Part shown: positions 27,568 through 32,000 of the stretch, one piece after another
How the letters are laid out: the number at the start of each line of letters is the position of its first letter
How positions within the stretch are numbered: the first letter of the stretch is position 1
Assembly: GCF_000145295.1 (NCBI RefSeq)
Contig: NC_014408.1
Coordinates: 630,001 to 662,000 of the forward strand
DNA from: Methanothermobacter marburgensis str. Marburg
GTDB taxonomy: Archaea > Methanobacteriota > Methanobacteria > Methanobacteriales > Methanothermobacteraceae
DNA length: 32,000 nucleotides
Direction of reading: 5' to 3'
Translations under genes and position numbers: made by a program
The notes under the pieces: generated by a model
Database searches by the model: none
Told to the model about the DNA's origin: nothing
Seen by the model: only the letters and a program-made list of their open reading frames with translations

Positions 27568-28343
27568 GTACACTCCTACGTTCAACGAGAATGAGCTGGT
27601 GTGCCAAGAACATCCACATGTACCTTCTGGCACTCACCTATGCCTCAGATGCAGACCCCATCAGATTCATTTCAGGACTCTTCACCGTGACGCTCCTCTG
27701 GGGGGCTCTCTATTCACTTAACGACTTCACTGACATTGAAACTGACAGGAACGACCGCATGAAGAGGGGAAGGCCCTTCATAGAGAACCATGTTGAACCC
27801 AGGGAGGTCCTGCTTTTTATAGGCGTCCTTCTCGTGGTGTCCACTGCAGCCGCATATATCATTCATCCGGTATTCTGCCTGATACTCCTTCTCATGGTCC
27901 TCAACCAGTTCATCTACACACTCCCACCCCTCAGACTGAAGGACACGCCGCTTGCACCACTTGCAAGTACCGCTACAAACACTGTTCTGAGGCTGGCATC
28001 CGCCGCTGTCCTCCTGGGGGGTATTCTCGTTGTCCCGGTCCCGGTCTATGTTTTAATGTACCTTGCAGGTATGGGCACATACCTGATGTACAAGGAGAGA
28101 AAGGCCCCGACGACCCTGGTTTCTGTTCTGTTCTGTGTCCTCCTTGCCTGGAGTTACACTGGAGGTTACATCAGTATGCTGCAGATCCTCCTTGTGATAG
28201 TTCCACCCTTCATAGCCACGGTACCGCTTTATCTATCCAACTTCACAGAGAGGGAGCGGATGGTGGAGGTGGCTGATCTGCTTTACCACAGGGTTCTTGT
28301 TGCATTCTACCTGGTATGCATAGTGGTGCTTCTGGTGGCTTAA
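27561..28343 (+). CDS. Divergent UbiA-superfamily prenyltransferase-like membrane protein
   Basis: First Asp-rich motif LNDFTDIETDRND, then KRGRPF...; YTLPPLRLKD; multiple TM helices. I see no second DxxxD motif. ATG 27561 overlaps the upstream stop (ATGCTGA). Confidence 0.7.
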   Translation: MLSTLLRSTRMSWCAKNIHMYLLALTYASDADPIRFISGLFTVTLLWGALYSLNDFTDIETDRNDRMKRGRPFIENHVEPREVLLFIGVLLVVSTAAAYIIHPVFCLILLLMVLNQFIYTLPPLRLKDTPLAPLASTATNTVLRLASAAVLLGGILVVPVPVYVLMYLAGMGTYLMYKERKAPTTLVSVLFCVLLAWSYTGGYISMLQILLVIVPPFIATVPLYLSNFTERERMVEVADLLYHRVLVAFYLVCIVVLLVA

Positions 28344-28353
28344 GATGCTCTTC

Positions 28354-28380
28354 AGATTTTCTTTTTTCAGTGGAAAATCT
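28354..28380. terminator. Hairpin flanked by T/A runs between convergent genes (candidate bidirectional terminator)
   Basis: AGATTTTC-ttttttcagtg-GAAAATCT (8-bp stem). T6 inside the loop on the + strand. The A6 run at 28385-28390 gives T6 on the - strand. Confidence 0.4.
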
Positions 28381-28471
28381 TCTAAAAAATCAGATTAGAT
28401 AGCTAATATTCTAGAAATAGATTAAAAAGATAGGTTTCAGTTGATGGTTATTCTGGCACTCAAATATAAAA

Positions 28472-29656
28472 TTAGAAGAGTTTGCCCAGTTTAATGAGGG
28501 CCTTTGGTGAGACCTTTATGAGCTTCTTAACAAGTTCTGTGGTGCTCACCTTCTCAAACTCGACATCCTGGAATGCCTCTGCGATTGAATCGAGTTCACT
28601 GTCACTGAGTGTAAGCATGTAGTCCTTGACCTTGAGGTACCTGTCTATCTCCTTTCCGATCTCCTCACGGCAGAGCCTCTCGTACTCACTGAGCCTCTTT
28701 TTGCTGACATCACCCTCACTGACCGCTGCAGCAGCAACCCTTCCTGCCAGCATACCACCGGTCATACCGCTTATTATACCGCCACCTGTGAGGGGGTTCA
28801 CCTGACCTGCAGCGTCCCCAACAACCATGAGGCTGTCTGCCACAAGTTCCTTTGGCATTCCACCAACCGGGTCTCCGCCGATGTTGAGTTCAACAGGCTG
28901 GGCGTTTCTTGTTGCCGGGCATGACTCAACGAATTCAACCAGGTGCTCATAGGCGCTCTTATCGGTCTCTGTTGATAGAACACCCAGGCCCACGTTGGCG
29001 ATATCATCACCCTTTGGGAAGATCCAGGCGTATCCACCTGGGGCCACGCTTCCAAAGTAGAATTCGATGCAGTTATTGTCCTCCATCTCCACTCCGACCA
29101 TCTCGAACTGGGCAGCTGACTCCATGTCCTTGGGCTTTGTGGCTGTGTTGAGGCCTGCCCACCTTGCAACCCTTGACTCGGGGCCGTCGGCTGCAATAAC
29201 TATCCTGGCCTTTATCTCAAACTCCCTTCCCATGCATTCTGCGCTGACAAGGTACCCATCATCGGTCTTCTCCATACCGGTTGCAAGGGTCTTCACCATT
29301 ATCTCTGACCCTGCCCTTGCGGCGTCCATTGCCATGTGCTTGTCAAAGACCTTCCTCTCAAGTATGTATCCCGCCTCAGGCAGTTCCACCTTATCTGAGG
29401 TCAGCCATACATCTGTGCCGTTGGGGGAGACCAGACGCACACCATCAAGTTTCTTTGTGATCCAGCGGGGGTTTGGCTCTATCCCCAGGGACTCGAGGCC
29501 CCCAACAGAGACCCCCTCTGCGCACCTCTTCGGGGCCCCTATCTCTGATTTCTTGTCAATGAGGAGTACACTTGCCCCACCCATGGCGGCGTGTTTTGCT
29601 GCTGTTGAACCGGCTGGTCCAGCGCCAATCACAAGGACATCAACTTCAGTTACCAT
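28472..29656 (-). CDS. Digeranylgeranylglycerophospholipid (geranylgeranyl) reductase, FAD-dependent
   Basis: DVLVIGAGPAGSTAA FAD fold, KRCAEGVS and GDAAGQVNPLTGGGI motifs. ATG 29656 lies 4 nt after AGGTGAT. The track GTG 29665 overlaps the ferredoxin stop. Confidence 0.92.
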   Translation of the reverse strand: MVTEVDVLVIGAGPAGSTAAKHAAMGGASVLLIDKKSEIGAPKRCAEGVSVGGLESLGIEPNPRWITKKLDGVRLVSPNGTDVWLTSDKVELPEAGYILERKVFDKHMAMDAARAGSEIMVKTLATGMEKTDDGYLVSAECMGREFEIKARIVIAADGPESRVARWAGLNTATKPKDMESAAQFEMVGVEMEDNNCIEFYFGSVAPGGYAWIFPKGDDIANVGLGVLSTETDKSAYEHLVEFVESCPATRNAQPVELNIGGDPVGGMPKELVADSLMVVGDAAGQVNPLTGGGIISGMTGGMLAGRVAAAAVSEGDVSKKRLSEYERLCREEIGKEIDRYLKVKDYMLTLSDSELDSIAEAFQDVEFEKVSTTELVKKLIKVSPKALIKLGKLF

Positions 29657-29661
29657 GTCAA

Positions 29662-29823
29662 TCACCTCTCAAGGGCCCTAACAGGGCACACCTGTATGCA
29701 TATGTTGCATTCCCTACACTGGTCCTCTGAAAATTTCAGGGAATTCTCCCTGACCTCTATGAGGTTCCGTGGGCACACACCTGCACATTCCCCACAGAAC
29801 ATACACCATTCCTTCACCTTCAT
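29662..29823 (-). CDS. 2x[4Fe-4S] ferredoxin coupled to geranylgeranyl reductase
   Basis: CMFCGECAGVCP and CRECNICIQVCP cluster motifs. ATG 29823 (MKVKEWC) preferred; the track start 29856 is possible. Confidence 0.85.
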   Translation of the reverse strand: MKVKEWCMFCGECAGVCPRNLIEVRENSLKFSEDQCRECNICIQVCPVRALER

Positions 29824-30051
29824 GGTTATCAACCTAAAATCAATTCTACAGATCATGAATCTTTAATCATGCGGGTGTTTATACTTTGGGGAGGAAGTAT
29901 ATATATATAGTTCCCAAAAACCCTGACCTGGCCGCCACATGGCCCACACCATAGTTTCTGATCTTTCAACGGCCCCCTATTTATATGTTGATGGGCTCCG
30001 GGATAAATTATAAATCATATCCCTGACAACAATTATTAAGGGAGGTTGAAT

Positions 30052-30550
30052 ATGAAGAAAATTTTATTTCTGTTTCTTGTGGCCGCAACGGTCCTTGTAT
30101 CTGGTTGTGTGAGTGAGGAGCCCCAGTATAAGAGCTTCTCTGACGGAAAAACTGAACTTCACATATCCCGCATCATGGGAGACCCTTGACCCTGCAGGGG
30201 CGCAGGGGGCCTTCAAGAAGGAGGTGGGAATCTCCAAGGATGTCATAGTTTACCTTGGTAACAGTACCTCAGAGCTTGCAGTTGCAGAGGTGAGTGCAGG
30301 CGCAGGTTACTACCTGAAGGATCCTGAAACCGTCAGGAAGGAGATGGCCAGCAATGAGGGTGTTGTATCATCCAGCATAATAAAGGTCGCCGGGCGTAAC
30401 GCAGCAATGGTGAAGGCCACCGATTCAACGACTCAGACGGTCTTCGTGTACCTGAAACTCAACAGGACAAGCGGCTATGCATTCATGTACAGCGGACCAA
30501 AGAATGACGCAACATTTGACTCCATACTTGAGACTGTGAAGTTAGAGTGA
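30052..30550 (+). pseudogene. Lipoprotein gene interrupted by a +1 frame break in an A5 run (30147-30151)
   Basis: ATG 30052 behind AAGGGAGGT encodes MKKILFLFLVAATVLVSGC (signal peptide plus lipobox), then stops at TGA 30187-30189. The body (track ORF 30113-30550, ...KLNFTYPASWETLDPAG...) is in the next frame. Removing one A gives the continuous reading ...KSFSDGKLNFTYPASWE... Confidence 0.7.
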
Positions 30551-30590
30551 TCCCTTGTGGGATCCCTCCTTTTTTATTCCTTCTCACTGG

Positions 30591-32000
30591 TTAATGTGAT
30601 CTCTCCTTTATGAGCTTCCTCACCTCGCCCATGAACTTTTCTTCACCGACACGTTTCATGGTTGATGCGAGCCTCTCCCTCTGCGGCTTACTTGCATACT
30701 TGGTGTAGACACTGATAACAGCGTCTATGTATTCCAGTATCTCATCAACAGTGTCAACACGGGTCTTTATACCCTCAACCAGTTCTCTACCAGCCTTACC
30801 GCCTATGTAAAGTATGTAACCCTCTTCTCTGGCCCTCCTTGCAGTGTGCGGGCACTCCCTTATGCATTTACCGCAGCCAACGCAGAGGTCATGGTTGGTG
30901 TAGGATGTCTCGCCACGCACGCTTATGGCCTCCACCTTGCAGACCTCGAAGCACCTGCCGCAGCCGTTACAGATTTCCTCAACCGTCTCAGGGAATTCAA
31001 CACCCGCGACACCCACATCGTGGATCTGGGGCCTCATGCACCTGTTTGGACAGCCACTCACCGCTATCTTGAACTTGTAGGGTGCTGGCATCTCCCTGAA
31101 CCTCTCCTCTATGGCACTGCAGATTGCTGTGGTGTCTATGATCCCGCTTCCACAGTTCTCCCTACCTGGACAGGCAAGTGTGGCCCTTACAAGGGGGCCC
31201 TCTGAGCCTGTGAGGAGCCCTGCGGAGTTGAGTTCATCAGCGGCGTCCTCAACGTCAAAGCCACTCACATCATGGAGCTCATAGGATCCCCTGTTGGTGA
31301 CCTTGATCCTTGCACCGTATTTTTCGGCAATCCTCACAAGTTCTTTCACCTCTTGGGGGCTGTACCAGCCTGATGGCCGGGCCCTGACCCTTATGAAGTA
31401 GGTGCCATCGGCCCTCCTGGATACCCCAGGGTAATCTGAGGTCCAGTAGAAGGAGATGTATTCACCATTCTTTCTCCTTCTCTCAAGTTCCCTCTGGAAT
31501 CTTTTGAGTTTCAGGTCCCTCATCTTCTCTATTTTTGCGGTGTCTGCACCCTCCATGAGTTCAACTGCACCGGCTATTTCAGCGCCCCTCCTGGTTCTCA
31601 CTATGATGGTTGAGTAGCCTTCGGGACTTCCAGCGGAGCCCACAGAGACGTCTGCAAGGTGAGCGTCAAAGTCCCTGCAGGATCTGCAGCCCTCTGAGAT
31701 TCTGATGTCCATGAGGTTCAGGGTTTCCCTCCTATCACCAAGGTCAACCTCAAGCTTACCCCTCCTGATGTTGAATTTTTCAACGTCCTCCATTCTGATA
31801 CCATTTTCCCTCAGCACCTTTCTGAGGTCGCCATATTCGAATTTCTCGGTGCAGAAGAGGCCTATGAGGTAACGTATCTCGGGGAGTTTCACGGGTTTGC
31901 CCTTTCTTCCAAGTTCCAGGTCATGCTTTGCAAGGTAGGGGAAGTACTGGAGTTTCCTGAGGCCGTTTATCTGGCAGGGAAGCCCAACAACTGCCACCCT
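30591..32000 (-). CDS. fsr: Coenzyme F420-dependent sulfite reductase (Fsr), 3' part; the N-terminus lies beyond the right edge
   Basis: FrhB-like segment (VGLPCQINGLRK...GLFCTEKF). Then a siroheme sulfite-reductase half with Cys clusters (CPGRENCGSG, SGCPNRC) and an inserted ferredoxin domain (CNGCGRCFEVC, CVGCGKCIRECP). The frame is open to position 32000. Confidence 0.88.
   Translation of the reverse strand, partial: RVAVVGLPCQINGLRKLQYFPYLAKHDLELGRKGKPVKLPEIRYLIGLFCTEKFEYGDLRKVLRENGIRMEDVEKFNIRRGKLEVDLGDRRETLNLMDIRISEGCRSCRDFDAHLADVSVGSAGSPEGYSTIIVRTRRGAEIAGAVELMEGADTAKIEKMRDLKLKRFQRELERRRKNGEYISFYWTSDYPGVSRRADGTYFIRVRARPSGWYSPQEVKELVRIAEKYGARIKVTNRGSYELHDVSGFDVEDAADELNSAGLLTGSEGPLVRATLACPGRENCGSGIIDTTAICSAIEERFREMPAPYKFKIAVSGCPNRCMRPQIHDVGVAGVEFPETVEEICNGCGRCFEVCKVEAISVRGETSYTNHDLCVGCGKCIRECPHTARRAREEGYILYIGGKAGRELVEGIKTRVDTVDEILEYIDAVISVYTKYASKPQRERLASTMKRVGEEKFMGEVRKLIKERSH

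Noticed and set aside
1-32000. Searched for mobile elements, a defence island, prophage remnants and RNA genes (tRNA, rRNA, RNase P RNA, 7S RNA) as carriers of a hidden novel system.
   Set aside because: All spacers longer than 100 bp were read on both strands. None shows a cloverleaf-like arrangement or conserved RNA motifs that I can recognise by eye. No integrase, transposase, restriction-modification or toxin-antitoxin pair is present; the PIN proteins here are housekeeping-type fusions or Fcf1-like. Visual inspection is not exhaustive, so a covariance-model scan would be decisive.

Overview
Densely coding core-chromosome window from a Methanobacteriales methanogen. Gene content, gene order and protein sequences look like Methanothermobacter; this is recognised from memory, not searched. 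I support about 45 protein genes. I found no rRNA, tRNA, CRISPR array, transposase or integrase. Left third: RFC large and small subunits, aroE, an RNA-free RNase P (HARP) homologue, hisS, hisI, a PIN-ATPase-KH protein, a TIM-barrel / F420:NADP oxidoreductase / 6-phospho-3-hexuloisomerase run, endA, trpS and thrC. Middle: an archaeal histone, then the conserved information-processing cluster rpl7ae-rps28e-rpl24e-ndk-aIF5B-rps6e-aIF2gamma-PIN-ppa-rpoE'-spt4-DPCK-rps24e-rps27ae-argH. Two of these ribosomal genes (rpl24e, rps27ae) are under 60 aa and missing from the ORF track. Right third is more accessory: a KH/PP-loop ATPase, a hexapeptide acyltransferase, a PEBP protein, a coupled P-loop NTPase plus divergent UbiA-like membrane protein, geranylgeranyl reductase with its ferredoxin, a frameshifted lipoprotein gene and the 3' part of F420-dependent sulfite reductase. 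I do not see a convincing complete novel multi-gene system. The most unusual signals are: (1) an Fcf1-type PIN gene whose first catalytic strand lies in another frame, with the frame junction exactly on a U UUU UUA heptamer followed by a stop; (2) a second homopolymer frame break in a lipoprotein gene; (3) hisI with no canonical start codon for its conserved N-terminus; (4) the HARP gene; (5) the leaderless P-loop/UbiA-like pair; (6) several two-copy direct repeats carrying promoter or terminator motifs; (7) a structured, motif-rich leader upstream of rpl7ae. Many longest-ORF starts in the track are over-extended. I re-called starts using the strong GGAGGT/AGGTGAT Shine-Dalgarno signals.
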